A DNA stretch of 64,000 bases from assembly GCA_963665005.2 (NCBI GenBank), contig CAXXTQ010000002.1:12964-76963 (forward strand), read 5' to 3'. Below are positions 1 through 9,369 of this stretch, in pieces (the stretch's first letter is position 1; each line of letters begins with the position of its first letter). The position numbers and the translations under genes are program-made. The DNA is from Christensenellaceae bacterium. Lineage in GTDB: Bacteria > Bacillota > Clostridia > Christensenellales > SZUA-584. The notes under the pieces are model-generated. The model searched no databases, had not been told where the DNA came from, and worked only from the letters and a program-made list of their open reading frames with translations.

Positions 1-896
1 GCAATAAGAGCTGGGCTGTTCAATCCAGTGCATCCATAGTTACCCTGTTTAATCATTTCAAAGGCTTCTTTTTGTCCATCAGCTGCAGCAGCTATTAGTT
101 TTCCTTCAAGCTGCCCTGCTTCTTCAAGCACCTTCATAGCAGCCATTGTCATAACATCTGCCTCGGAAAGAAGTACATTGAAATCTTCATTTAGTGACAA
201 ACAATCTTCCATAACTACAACTGCCTCATCTTCAGTCCAGCCGGTATAACCCTGGAAGATGATCTCCAAGTTCACACTGCCCTGAGAACGAAGCTGCTCC
301 TCCACGATGCCGTCGATCAAACCCAGACGGCGCAGCTGCGAATTCATCGTTCCCATTGCTCCGCTGATCAGTACAGCCGTAATTTTTTCATTGCCCATCT
401 GCTGCGCAGCCCATTCACCGCATGCAAAACCGTTGCCATAATTGTCAGCCTGCACGGTAGTCAGAACATTCGCCGCATCTTCAAGCCCGCCATCAATCGC
501 GATAACCGGCGTTCCACCTGCTGTAATCGTGTTGATCGTTGTGGTCAAAATCTGCGTATCGAAAGAGTTGACAAGGATAGCGTCGCAACCCTGAGTCACC
601 AGATCTTCCATATTTGCGATCTGTTTTGACGAATCACCCTGAGCGTCAAACAATACCAGTTCCCATTCCTTTTCATCACAAATCTTCTGAAGTGTGGTCT
701 GAATGGTCACATAAAACGGGTGAACCATGCTGATCATGGAAAGACCTATCTTGTAATTCCCATCTGCTACAACAGCACTGCTTCCATCTGTATCATCCGC
801 GCTCTGCGTTGTAGGCTCTGTAGAACAACCTGTATAGAGCACCAACACCAACGCAATTGCAACACAAAACGCAATTACCCTCTTCTTACTTTTCAT
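1..896 (-). CDS. Sugar ABC transporter substrate-binding lipoprotein (RbsB/PBP1-like); 3-prime end lies outside the window
   Basis: Absent from the ORF track because it is open to the window edge. Reverse translation from ATG 894-896 (AGGAGG about 6 nt upstream) gives MKSKKRVIAFCVAIALVLVLYTGCS, a signal peptide plus lipobox. This is followed by KIGLSMISMVHPFYV, CDAILVNS and VQADNYGNG, typical of ribose/galactose-type binding proteins. Confidence 0.8.
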   Translation of the reverse strand, partial: MKSKKRVIAFCVAIALVLVLYTGCSTEPTTQSADDTDGSSAVVADGNYKIGLSMISMVHPFYVTIQTTLQKICDEKEWELVLFDAQGDSSKQIANMEDLVTQGCDAILVNSFDTQILTTTINTITAGGTPVIAIDGGLEDAANVLTTVQADNYGNGFACGEWAAQQMGNEKITAVLISGAMGTMNSQLRRLGLIDGIVEEQLRSQGSVNLEIIFQGYTGWTEDEAVVVMEDCLSLNEDFNVLLSEADVMTMAAMKVLEEAGQLEGKLIAAAADGQKEAFEMIKQGNYGCTGLNSPALI

Positions 897-966
897 TTCT
901 TACCTCCTATATTATTTATATCTGCACCTTTCTTTTTGCCAAGATGCAAATTAAATTTTCATTATA

Positions 967-2376
967 TCAATCTCTTTTTATATCAATTATCCTGTCTACG
1001 TACCAAATCGCGCCTTCTGTCTCAGGAGTCAAGAGTAAAACCGCCATTCCTCTTTTACAATAACCCTTTATTTGATCCATAAACTGTACACATACTTCAA
1101 AATCTATTTCGCGTACCGGAAAGCCAATTATCAATATTCTCGGTTTAGTTGCTAATGCCCGCCCAAGTAGAACCTTGTACTGTTCAATGCTTTCAAGATC
1201 TTCAATACTGTCACATTTATTTCCTTTTAAAAATTGAACTATCCATTCTTCACAAATACCCCGTTCCACTCGTAGATTTATTTTTCCAAAACAACTGATT
1301 TTGTTTAACATGCCTAAAGACAAATTATGTATAATGTCTTCATCAGGTATCAATCTTTGATGCAGTTTTTTACCGGAAACATAAGCGATACTTTGCGAAA
1401 CCGCATTCCTTGGGCTTTTTATCTTCACTGATTTCCCATCAATATAAATATTTCCGTTGATTTTCTTTGTCAGACCAAAAAGCGTTCTGCCAATTTCTTC
1501 TCTCCTTGACCCGCTTACCCCCGATATCCCCAGCACCTCTCCTTCATAAAGCGAAAAATCAACGCCTTTAATACCTTTTGTATATAATTTTTCTACGCGT
1601 AAAATTTCATGTTTTCTTATTTTGCCGTTCTCTTTGTATGGGCCTTTAACCATATTCCCTTGCATCATAGCAAGCCTTTTTTCTTTAGAGCAATCATTCA
1701 CATATACGGTATTTACAACGCTGGCGTTATGTATGATGCTTATACGGTCTGCAATTTTAAAAGCTTCTTCAATTTGAGTTGTAATATATATAATTGAGAC
1801 TCCAGCTTCTATCAATAAATGTAACAGTTCATAAATCCTCTGTACCTCGTCTTTTTCAAATTCTTCAGTTATTCCTTCAAGTATGATTAAATCTGCGCCG
1901 GACGATACGGCTCTGGCGATCAAAACAAACTTTTTATGTAAATCAGATAATGTCTCAACCTTATCTTTCGGATCCAGTTCTAATCCCATTTTTAAAAAAA
2001 GTTTCAGCGCTTTAAGGCGCATATATCTTGGGGAAAGCCACTTCTTTTCATATCTATTGCCATTTAGAAGAAAAACATTTTCCGCCATACTTAAATTGGT
2101 TACAATACTATCGCTGCTCCGAATATATACAACTTTGGATTTAAGCTTTTCACATGTTTCCTGTGGTGGCATCTCCTCCTCTTGTATGTATATCTCTCCA
2201 TCGTCAGCCGTCTGGGCACCCGCTAATACGTCAATCAACGCGTCTTTCGCATTATCAGTATTAATAATCATTGCATGAATTTCTTTTTCATAAACGCTTA
2301 AACTGATACCGCATAAAATGCATTTTCCTTGTTGACTCTTTGAAACACTGTTTAGCCTTAACAATTCTTTGTTCAT
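967..2376 (-). CDS. Degenerate tandem-NBD ABC ATPase homologue (CUT2/RbsA-like fold, nucleotide-binding and catalytic motifs lost), called P1 here
   Basis: 469-aa ORF that aligns along its length with the authentic RbsA-like ATPase at 33172-34665. Walker A GENGAGKST is INTDNAKDA, signature LSVGYQQ is LSDLHKK, Walker B LIMDEPT is LIILEGI, and H-loop ISHRL is ITTQI. In the second NBD, GLVGAGRTE is GVSGSRREE, LSGGNQQK is LESIEQYK, and IIMDEPTRGID is LIIGFPVREID. Confidence 0.85.
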   Translation of the reverse strand: MNKELLRLNSVSKSQQGKCILCGISLSVYEKEIHAMIINTDNAKDALIDVLAGAQTADDGEIYIQEEEMPPQETCEKLKSKVVYIRSSDSIVTNLSMAENVFLLNGNRYEKKWLSPRYMRLKALKLFLKMGLELDPKDKVETLSDLHKKFVLIARAVSSGADLIILEGITEEFEKDEVQRIYELLHLLIEAGVSIIYITTQIEEAFKIADRISIIHNASVVNTVYVNDCSKEKRLAMMQGNMVKGPYKENGKIRKHEILRVEKLYTKGIKGVDFSLYEGEVLGISGVSGSRREEIGRTLFGLTKKINGNIYIDGKSVKIKSPRNAVSQSIAYVSGKKLHQRLIPDEDIIHNLSLGMLNKISCFGKINLRVERGICEEWIVQFLKGNKCDSIEDLESIEQYKVLLGRALATKPRILIIGFPVREIDFEVCVQFMDQIKGYCKRGMAVLLLTPETEGAIWYVDRIIDIKRD

Positions 2377-2473
2377 ATAATTCTCACCCTATATAATAAT
2401 AACACAACCGCTAAGAATCATAATATCTCAATCGACAATTATAATTTGGAAGTAAGAACCATATTCGCTTAAA

Positions 2474-2503
2474 TTGACATATGCCCATTTCGTTTGTTAT
2501 AAT
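2474..2503 (+). promoter_or_regulatory. Near-consensus sigma-70-type promoter for the RR1-HK1 operon
   Basis: TTGACA (2474-2479), 18-nt spacer, TATAAT (2498-2503), about 135 nt upstream of the RR1 start. Confidence 0.4.
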
Positions 2504-2637
2504 TAAATCAGTTCCAAATCTCACTTAAATTATATATCTGTCGTATTTTTAAACAATGACCTGGTTTTAATAATAAGAGGTCTATTATAAGGAATACAGC
2601 ATTTTTCATGTGTTGTTATTTTCAAGAGAGGCAAATT

Positions 2638-4242
2638 ATGTTAAAAGTAATGATTGCTGATGATGAAGCATGGGTTTTAAAATTAATAAAAAATTCAATT
2701 GATTGGAAATCTCTAGGTATGGAAATTGTTTGTGAAGCGACGGATGGGCAGGAGAGCTTGGACAAAATTAAGCAATTTTCCCCTGATATTGTTATAAGTG
2801 ATGTTAGAATGCCAGTTATTGACGGAGTTACTGTAGCTAAGCTTGTTAAAGATTCCAAGTTATCTCCAAAATTTATTATGTTGAGCGGTTATCAGGATTT
2901 TGAATACGTTCAAAAAGCTCTAAGAAACGAAGTAAGTGATTATTTGCTAAAACCATACGATGAAAATACAATGTTAAAAACATTAAAAAAAGTAAAAACA
3001 GAAATATATCTGGAACAACAACATATCATAGATATAAATAATATTAAAAAGCATCTCAATAGTAGTATAGATAAGCTTAAGAATAATTTATTATCAGAAT
3101 TATTATACGGTAATGTTAAAGATATTTCATCAGATAATCAATTTAATAAAGAATATCGTTTTAATTTTCAACAAGGGATATATCAAGTTATTTACATAAA
3201 ACGCACAGGGCCTTTTGAACTTAAGAAAGCTTATGACCCTATAGTGATGAATATAATAACAACTAATATTAATAAGGAAATTAAGAAATCTTGTCACGAA
3301 GTATCTATTATACATTTACATTACGGGATTGCAATCATCTTAAACTATCCGGAGCAAAATGTAGAATTAATAGAATCTTTGATTGCTCCATTTTGTTATA
3401 CAATATTGCAAGGACTACAAATGAATATAGCTGCTTCTACAGCTATTGGGATAGGAAGCTGTGAAATTTCATTATCAGATTTAGCCCGGTCTATGTATAA
3501 TGCAGAAGATTCTGCAAATTGCATGCTGTATTACGGGTGTAACAGAGTGTATGATATAAAAAATTATTCATTCGATGAATTATCAATATCCAATATTTTT
3601 TCTGCCGATAAGCAAAACCAATTCATTTGCATAGTTGAAACATTCAATACTGAAGAGTTGTCAAAATATATCAACACATTGTTTAAACCGCTTTTATTTA
3701 AAAATACACACCCCAGAGTATTGATGGATCTTAGTAAAGCACTTATTGATATACTCTATAATATTTTAAAAAAGATTAAAATTATTAATGATATGCTACC
3801 AACTGAAGAAATAGCAAAAGCTTCTGTAGAACGCTGTTCTACTTGTAATGAAATTCCGCGCCAATTAATTGCTTTTATTTCGGAAATATTCACATATTAC
3901 CATGATAATCACCCGGACACATTGAGCTCACCCGTTCAAATTGCTAAAAAATACATTTCAATTCATTATAGTGAACCTATCAAGCTTCAAGATATAGCTC
4001 AAATGGTTTATTTAAGCCCACAATACTTTAGTGAATTGTTTAAGCGTGACATGGGTTGTAATTTCAGCGATTATCTTTCACGATATCGGATTGAAGTCTC
4101 TAAAGAACTCCTTCTAGACCCCAGGTACCGTATTAAAGATATTAATTATATGGTTGGATATAAAGACTCAAAAAGTTTCAGCAAACTATTTAAGCAGCAT
4201 ATGGGCATAAGCCCTTTAGAATATAGAAAACTACATATTTAG
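2638..4242 (+). CDS. Response regulator, CheY receiver plus AraC/XylS HTH (YesN-like), RR1
   Basis: Receiver motifs MIADDE, DIVISDVRMP and LLKP. C-terminal AraC HTH (YLSPQYFSELFKRDMG, GYKDSKSFSKLFKQHMGISPLEYRK). Start trimmed from 2608 to ATG 2638, preceded by GAGAGG. Confidence 0.9.
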   Translation: MLKVMIADDEAWVLKLIKNSIDWKSLGMEIVCEATDGQESLDKIKQFSPDIVISDVRMPVIDGVTVAKLVKDSKLSPKFIMLSGYQDFEYVQKALRNEVSDYLLKPYDENTMLKTLKKVKTEIYLEQQHIIDINNIKKHLNSSIDKLKNNLLSELLYGNVKDISSDNQFNKEYRFNFQQGIYQVIYIKRTGPFELKKAYDPIVMNIITTNINKEIKKSCHEVSIIHLHYGIAIILNYPEQNVELIESLIAPFCYTILQGLQMNIAASTAIGIGSCEISLSDLARSMYNAEDSANCMLYYGCNRVYDIKNYSFDELSISNIFSADKQNQFICIVETFNTEELSKYINTLFKPLLFKNTHPRVLMDLSKALIDILYNILKKIKIINDMLPTEEIAKASVERCSTCNEIPRQLIAFISEIFTYYHDNHPDTLSSPVQIAKKYISIHYSEPIKLQDIAQMVYLSPQYFSELFKRDMGCNFSDYLSRYRIEVSKELLLDPRYRIKDINYMVGYKDSKSFSKLFKQHMGISPLEYRKLHI

Positions 4243-4253
4243 TGGAGATTCTT

Positions 4254-6017
4254 ATGCAAAAAAACAAAAAAAAATCTTCACTAAATAACATATCCACAGA
4301 CAAACAACATTTTCGAAAAACCCTTTTTAGGACATTTGCCTTAATAATAACTATTATATTGGTATCAGTTATTACTTATGGCTGTATTTATACAATACAT
4401 ATATCGAACATAAAGAAAAACGAGGAGTATTCATTTGCAACATCGTCTGTTTTATCTCTGCTTAATAAATGCTCGATAATAATAAGCGACCTTCAAATAA
4501 CAAACCTCTCTATTTCCAACGCATATACTTCCAATGAAAAAATCGCCTCTTCTTTATTGAATGAATCAGAATATTCAACCTACATTTATTCTGAAAGAAC
4601 TAACAAGTTGGAGCCGATATCATTATCAACTGTTATATCTTCAAATATGACATCAATACTTGAAGATATTAACTACTGTTTGCAAAACATAACTTCTACT
4701 TCATATGCACGGTTTGATGACGACCTTCATTATGCATATTATATTAATCAACTTGAAGATCAAGAAAATCTGTATATGGTGGTTATTGATGAAAATATAA
4801 TTGAAATTAATAACCTGCTCTCCTCCTCTATATTCGAGGGGTCAAGTTTGTTTATTAATGGTCTTGGCAACAATGTTCTTTATTCGCATAATATTGAAGA
4901 GAAAGATATATCGCGTTGGGAAACAGTCTATCGCAGAGCCGCTTTCGATTCAGCAAGTTCGGTGTATAGCAGACAACTAATCGAATCAAACGATGATTTG
5001 CTTTTTCATTATCCAATGGGCTTATTAGGATATACTTTTGGCGGTTCGCTTTTAATATCAAGCGTATATTCTTCTTTTATATATGAAATACTGCCGTTGT
5101 TCATTCTTACAATCATAATAATAGTTATTTCTGTTTATACAATAATAAAATTCAAAAGATCTATCTATATTCCTATTGTTGAAATAGAAAAGGGAATTAA
5201 CGGAATTACAAACAAGGAAATGAATCTTGAGATCGCGTTAGATGAATCCAACGAGTTCTTCCCTATGTCAACACAAATAAATAGAATAATCAGGGGCCTA
5301 AGAGAAATCCTCAATCGTGAATATAATGAAAAAATAATGCGCAAACAGGCGCAGATTAGTGCTCTGCAAAGTCAACTTAATCCGCATTTTTTATACAATA
5401 CCTTTGATTCTATGCGTGGGCAGGCATTGGAAAAAGGTGCTACAGAAATAGCAAACATATTGAAATCTATGTCAAGCTTATTTAAATACAGTATTAAACA
5501 CAAACCAAAAACAGTCACTCTATTCGACGAACTGAATAATGTTGACAATTATTTATATATACAACAATACCGATTCAATAATAAATTCACCGTAAAAAAA
5601 CAAATTGATAACGATGAGCACGGTCAAATATTATCGTATAGCATCCCTAAGCTCACGTTGCAGCCTATTGTTGAAAACTCATTGATTCATGGTATTGAAC
5701 CAACGCCAAAAAACGGTCTTCTGTCTATACGTATATTCACAACAAAACATAATCTTATAATAGAAATTGAAGATAACGGTAAAGGTATTCCTCCCGAAAA
5801 ACTTCGAGAACTTAATGAAAATTTATATCATGGTGTAGACCTTTTCGACATAAAAGAACAAGATAATGCTCATATAGGAATAGGAATGTTTAATGTTAAT
5901 GAACTTATTAAACTATTGTACGGTAATAAATATGGACTGAAAATCTATAGTACGCAAAATATTGGCACTACAGTTCAGATTATATTGCCCTTAATTCCAA
6001 CCATTTCAGAAAAATGA
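4254..6017 (+). CDS. Sensor histidine kinase, LytS/YesM type (PF06580-like H-box plus HATPase), HK1
   Basis: Two TM segments flank a roughly 250-aa extracytoplasmic region. H-box LNPHFLYNTFDSMRG, N-box QPIVENSLIHG, G-boxes EDNGKGIP and GIGMFNV. Start set to ATG 4254 (GGAG 6 nt upstream), immediately after the RR1 stop. Confidence 0.9.
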   Translation: MQKNKKKSSLNNISTDKQHFRKTLFRTFALIITIILVSVITYGCIYTIHISNIKKNEEYSFATSSVLSLLNKCSIIISDLQITNLSISNAYTSNEKIASSLLNESEYSTYIYSERTNKLEPISLSTVISSNMTSILEDINYCLQNITSTSYARFDDDLHYAYYINQLEDQENLYMVVIDENIIEINNLLSSSIFEGSSLFINGLGNNVLYSHNIEEKDISRWETVYRRAAFDSASSVYSRQLIESNDDLLFHYPMGLLGYTFGGSLLISSVYSSFIYEILPLFILTIIIIVISVYTIIKFKRSIYIPIVEIEKGINGITNKEMNLEIALDESNEFFPMSTQINRIIRGLREILNREYNEKIMRKQAQISALQSQLNPHFLYNTFDSMRGQALEKGATEIANILKSMSSLFKYSIKHKPKTVTLFDELNNVDNYLYIQQYRFNNKFTVKKQIDNDEHGQILSYSIPKLTLQPIVENSLIHGIEPTPKNGLLSIRIFTTKHNLIIEIEDNGKGIPPEKLRELNENLYHGVDLFDIKEQDNAHIGIGMFNVNELIKLLYGNKYGLKIYSTQNIGTTVQIILPLIPTISEK

Positions 6018-6298
6018 TAAACTTTTACAACTTTTGAACAATTTATTTTTTCATTAATCAGGAATATAAAAACTTGTTCCAGTATTTCTTCTTATGCTAT
6101 TTACTTATTTTACCTATCTGTATTCAAAATGCTTTAAACGTGCACAAACAAAAAAACAGCATCTACTTTTGCTCGACAGCGCTGTCATAAACGAACTGGG
6201 CAGCATAAAAAATTTGATTCATCATCTGCTGAAAGAAAGCCGCGTCGCTCTTAAAGAGAATAAAAAATGGGTAAAAAGTCTTATGGCAAAAAACACTT

Positions 6299-6341
6299 AA
6301 AAAAAGATACAGACTATACTTAAAAAAGTATAATCTGTATC
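6299..6341 (-). terminator. Rho-independent terminator downstream of trxA
   Basis: 15-bp stem (14 of 15 paired) gatacagactatact / agtataatctgtatc with a 6-nt loop, followed on the minus strand by a T-run. Confidence 0.6.
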
Positions 6342-6379
6342 TTCGTTATGCTGCTTTTAAAATTATCTTGGACTTATTT

Positions 6380-6703
6380 TTACATTGCGACAGCCTTGTC
6401 TAGAATTCCCTTATAGTATTCTTTTGGCCTTACGCCTACAACGCTTTCCAAAACTTTGCCGTCTTTTATCAGAAACACGCTCGGAATGCTCATTACTCCA
6501 AAATGCTCGGCTAATTCGCGCTGTTCATCTATGTTAATCTTTCCGATAACGGCAGTATCCGCATAATCTTTACTCAATGTCTCTATAGACGGCTCAAGCA
6601 TTTTGCACGGCCCGCACCATGCCGCCCAAAAATCGAGCAGTACCGGTTTTTTCGTATCCATAACTTCCTCTTTAAAATTATCAATTGTAATTTTCTTTGC
6701 CAT
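6380..6703 (-). CDS. trxA: Thioredoxin
   Basis: 107 aa with the WCGPC active site and a typical thioredoxin fold sequence. Confidence 0.95.
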   Translation of the reverse strand: MAKKITIDNFKEEVMDTKKPVLLDFWAAWCGPCKMLEPSIETLSKDYADTAVIGKINIDEQRELAEHFGVMSIPSVFLIKDGKVLESVVGVRPKEYYKGILDKAVAM

Positions 6704-6809
6704 AATAAAAATCCTTTCTTTGTTGATAATCGTATAATTATCTTTATTACAATAAAAGGATACTATTACTCTAAAATAAAATCTGTGACATAGTTACTTA
6801 ATTATAAAT

Positions 6810-7436
6810 TTATTTTAATATTATTTTCCCGCGCGAAAGGAATAGCAAATCTTTCTGTGACATCTTCTTTAACTGACGCGTTATTACCTCTCTTGAAGAC
6901 CCAAGGTCAATTGCCATTTTTTCATGAGTAGTCTTAACGGCGCCCGAACCATCGGCGTTTTTTTGCAGGTATTCTAGTATTCTGTCTTCAATGCTGTCGA
7001 ATATAAGCATTTCTATTGTCTCTATAGACATTATCAGCTTTTGAGCCAAAGTGTTGAAAATATACGTTTTAAAAACCTCACTCTTTGCGAAAAGCTCTTT
7101 GAATATATCGGGCGGTATGCTTAGCAGCACACTGTCTTTTTCCGCCTCGGTAGAAAAATCGTATTCAACGTCGCCCATAGTACAGACGGCCGCGAGAATA
7201 CAAAGCTCTCCTTCTTTTATGCGGTATAGCGTCATCTCTCTGCCTTTGTCGGATATTCTGAAAAGCCGGAGCGTGCCTTTAACTATCAAAGGTATACCGT
7301 TGCATCTTTGGTTGTCGCCCATCAATATCTGGCCTTTGTTAAGCTCTTTACGAAGTACGGTATCGCGCAAAAGCGCTCTGTCTTTATCGCTCATTTTTTC
7401 ATAAAAAGAAAATTTATTTAAAAGGTTTTCTGTCAT
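6810..7436 (-). CDS. Crp/Fnr family transcriptional regulator
   Basis: N-terminal cNMP-binding-like beta-roll and C-terminal HTH (REVITRQLKKM). No N-terminal Cys cluster. Confidence 0.8.
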   Translation of the reverse strand: MTENLLNKFSFYEKMSDKDRALLRDTVLRKELNKGQILMGDNQRCNGIPLIVKGTLRLFRISDKGREMTLYRIKEGELCILAAVCTMGDVEYDFSTEAEKDSVLLSIPPDIFKELFAKSEVFKTYIFNTLAQKLIMSIETIEMLIFDSIEDRILEYLQKNADGSGAVKTTHEKMAIDLGSSREVITRQLKKMSQKDLLFLSRGKIILK

Positions 7437-7607
7437 TTAGAATCCTCCGTTATTATATTCAATAAATAATAAGCAGCAGCTTACTAGCTTTTATTATAAT
7501 ATCCGTGCATACAATTATCCAGATATATTTGCCTTAAAATTCTAGCGCGTACCTAAAATTTGCACAAATTAACTTATTGTGTATAATCATATATAAGGAG
7601 CGGCGTT

Positions 7608-7907
7608 ATGAAAAAGTCTGTTATTATTATTGCTTTATTAATACTGATTGCCATGCTTTGCTCATGCACATGTGATATCGTGCGTTCGGGCGGAGTTGTG
7701 GTGCGCGCAACCCCCGGGCGATCTGCCGAAAAGACAGACTACGAAAAACAATACCCAGACAAAGAAATTGTTTACATTACAAAAAACGGCACAAAATATC
7801 ACAAAGAGGACTGCTCTTATCTTTCTTCTTCTAAAATACCTGTAACCTTAGAACAGGCAATAAGCCAGGGGCTCGAGCCGTGCAGCAAATGTTTCCCGCC
7901 CGACTAG
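7608..7907 (+). CDS. Small lipoprotein with a C-terminal His/Cys-x-CxxC metal-binding-like motif
   Basis: Signal peptide plus lipobox (LIAMLCSC). C-terminus is YITKNGTKYHKEDCSYL...EPCSKCFPP. AAGGAG RBS. Confidence 0.6.
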   Translation: MKKSVIIIALLILIAMLCSCTCDIVRSGGVVVRATPGRSAEKTDYEKQYPDKEIVYITKNGTKYHKEDCSYLSSSKIPVTLEQAISQGLEPCSKCFPPD

Positions 7908-7909
7908 GG

Positions 7910-9274
7910 CTACATCAATTTTCGAATGAGTTTATATATCTTTTTATACGGCGCATATCGCGGCAAATCCAGCATAAGATTGCGGTATGCCACCGATCTT
8001 TTTTGGGAAAAAGTTTCGAGGCTGTGCCGGCTGTGGTAACAGCCCATTCCCGACATGCCCTTGCCGCCAAACGGCAGGTTCGGGTTAGCGAAATGTATTA
8101 CCGTATCGTTTATCACGGCGTCTCCCGAAGGCAGGCGTTTTAGATAATTCTTGATTTTTTTCTTATCTCTGCTGAATATATAAATCGCAAGAGGAGTCTC
8201 GAGACCGGCGAGTTTGTCTATCATTTCATTTTCATTTTCGTATTCTATCACCGGCAGTACGGGCCCAAAAATCTCCTGCTGCATTACATCGTCATCAAAC
8301 GTCACATTATCGAGTATAGTCGGAGCTATGTACCTGCTTTTTGCATCCGATTCTCCGCCGTATACTACTTTATCTTTGTCTATCAAAGACAGCACTCTTT
8401 CAAAATGCCTGTCTGTAATGATTCGCGGGAAATCGGGGCTTTCTTTGGCGTCCTCACCGTAAAACTTTGTCGTGATTTTTTTCATCTCTTCCAAAAGTGA
8501 CTTCTTAACACTTGATTTTGCCATAACATAATCGGGCGCTATGCACGTCTGACCTGCGTTTATAAACTTGCCCCAGCATATAGATTTCGCAGCTTTTTTT
8601 ATATCCGCTGTTTCGTCTACTATACACGGGCTTTTTCCGCCGAGTTCAAGCGTTATGGGCGTAAGATTTTTCGCGGCCGCTTCCATCGCGATTTTTCCAA
8701 CCTTGGTGCCGCCCGTAAAAAAGATATAATCGTACCTTTCGTTTAGCAGCTCTGTGTTTGCCTCTCTTCCGCCCTCAAACATGGCGATATATTCGTCCGA
8801 AAAATTTTCTTCTATTATACGCCGCAGCACGGCCGATGTTGACGGCACGTATCTTGAAGGCTTGACTATTGCGGTGTTGCCCGCAGCCATTGCGCCGATA
8901 AGCGGAGCGAGCGTAAGCTGTACGGGATAGTTCCACGGCGACATTATAAGCGCAACGCCGAAAGGCTCGTACACATACGTGCTTTTTGCGTGAATCGTTG
9001 CCATAGACGGCATCACGATTTTCCGCCCTGTCCAGCGCCGTAAATGCCTTTCAAATTCTTTTATACCGCTTATTATCAAAGCAAATTCAGTAGCGTATAC
9101 CTCAAAAGGGCATTTGCCAAAATCGGCAGACATCGCTTTTTGAATGTTTTCTTCGTTATCCAGAAGAGCGATCTTGAGCTTTTTTAATTGTGCGATTCTG
9201 TACCCAATATCTTTTGTCTTGCCGCTGTTGAAAAACGCTCTTTGTTTCTTAACCGTTTCTTTTATACCGCTCAT
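7910..9274 (-). CDS. NAD(P)-dependent aldehyde dehydrogenase (class-3-like)
   Basis: Motifs SPWNYP, ELGGKSP and GQTCIAPDY. Start trimmed to ATG 9274 (MSGIKE), preceded by GGGAG. Confidence 0.9.
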   Translation of the reverse strand: MSGIKETVKKQRAFFNSGKTKDIGYRIAQLKKLKIALLDNEENIQKAMSADFGKCPFEVYATEFALIISGIKEFERHLRRWTGRKIVMPSMATIHAKSTYVYEPFGVALIMSPWNYPVQLTLAPLIGAMAAGNTAIVKPSRYVPSTSAVLRRIIEENFSDEYIAMFEGGREANTELLNERYDYIFFTGGTKVGKIAMEAAAKNLTPITLELGGKSPCIVDETADIKKAAKSICWGKFINAGQTCIAPDYVMAKSSVKKSLLEEMKKITTKFYGEDAKESPDFPRIITDRHFERVLSLIDKDKVVYGGESDAKSRYIAPTILDNVTFDDDVMQQEIFGPVLPVIEYENENEMIDKLAGLETPLAIYIFSRDKKKIKNYLKRLPSGDAVINDTVIHFANPNLPFGGKGMSGMGCYHSRHSLETFSQKRSVAYRNLMLDLPRYAPYKKIYKLIRKLM

Positions 9275-9369
9275 ATTAAAATCTCCCTTTTCGTTTTTTA
9301 AACGCAAAAGTTTCGGGTAACTGATTTAATATAATGGTATAACAATAAAGGCACGTGCGCAATACAAAT

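Noticed and set aside
720-1082. 120-aa and 68-aa plus-strand ORFs spanning the SBP start and P1 stop region.
   Set aside because: They overlap the well-supported minus-strand SBP signal-peptide region and the P1 3-prime end. Composition is odd (Cys/Leu/Phe-rich) and there is no RBS.
967-2376. Possibility that P1 (and P2 at 38773-40182) are simply decaying pseudogenes of transporter ATPases.
   Set aside because: Both are uninterrupted 469-codon ORFs in very AT-rich DNA. They have plausible starts and coupling to neighbours, and they share family-specific features with each other (for example VLLLT and a shortened C-terminus). That pattern fits a maintained protein family rather than random decay. 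A dN/dS analysis is still needed.
6094-6300. 68-aa plus-strand ORF between HK1 and the trxA terminator.
   Set aside because: No RBS, no recognisable motif, and a basic low-complexity sequence in an intergenic region. It cannot be supported as a gene.
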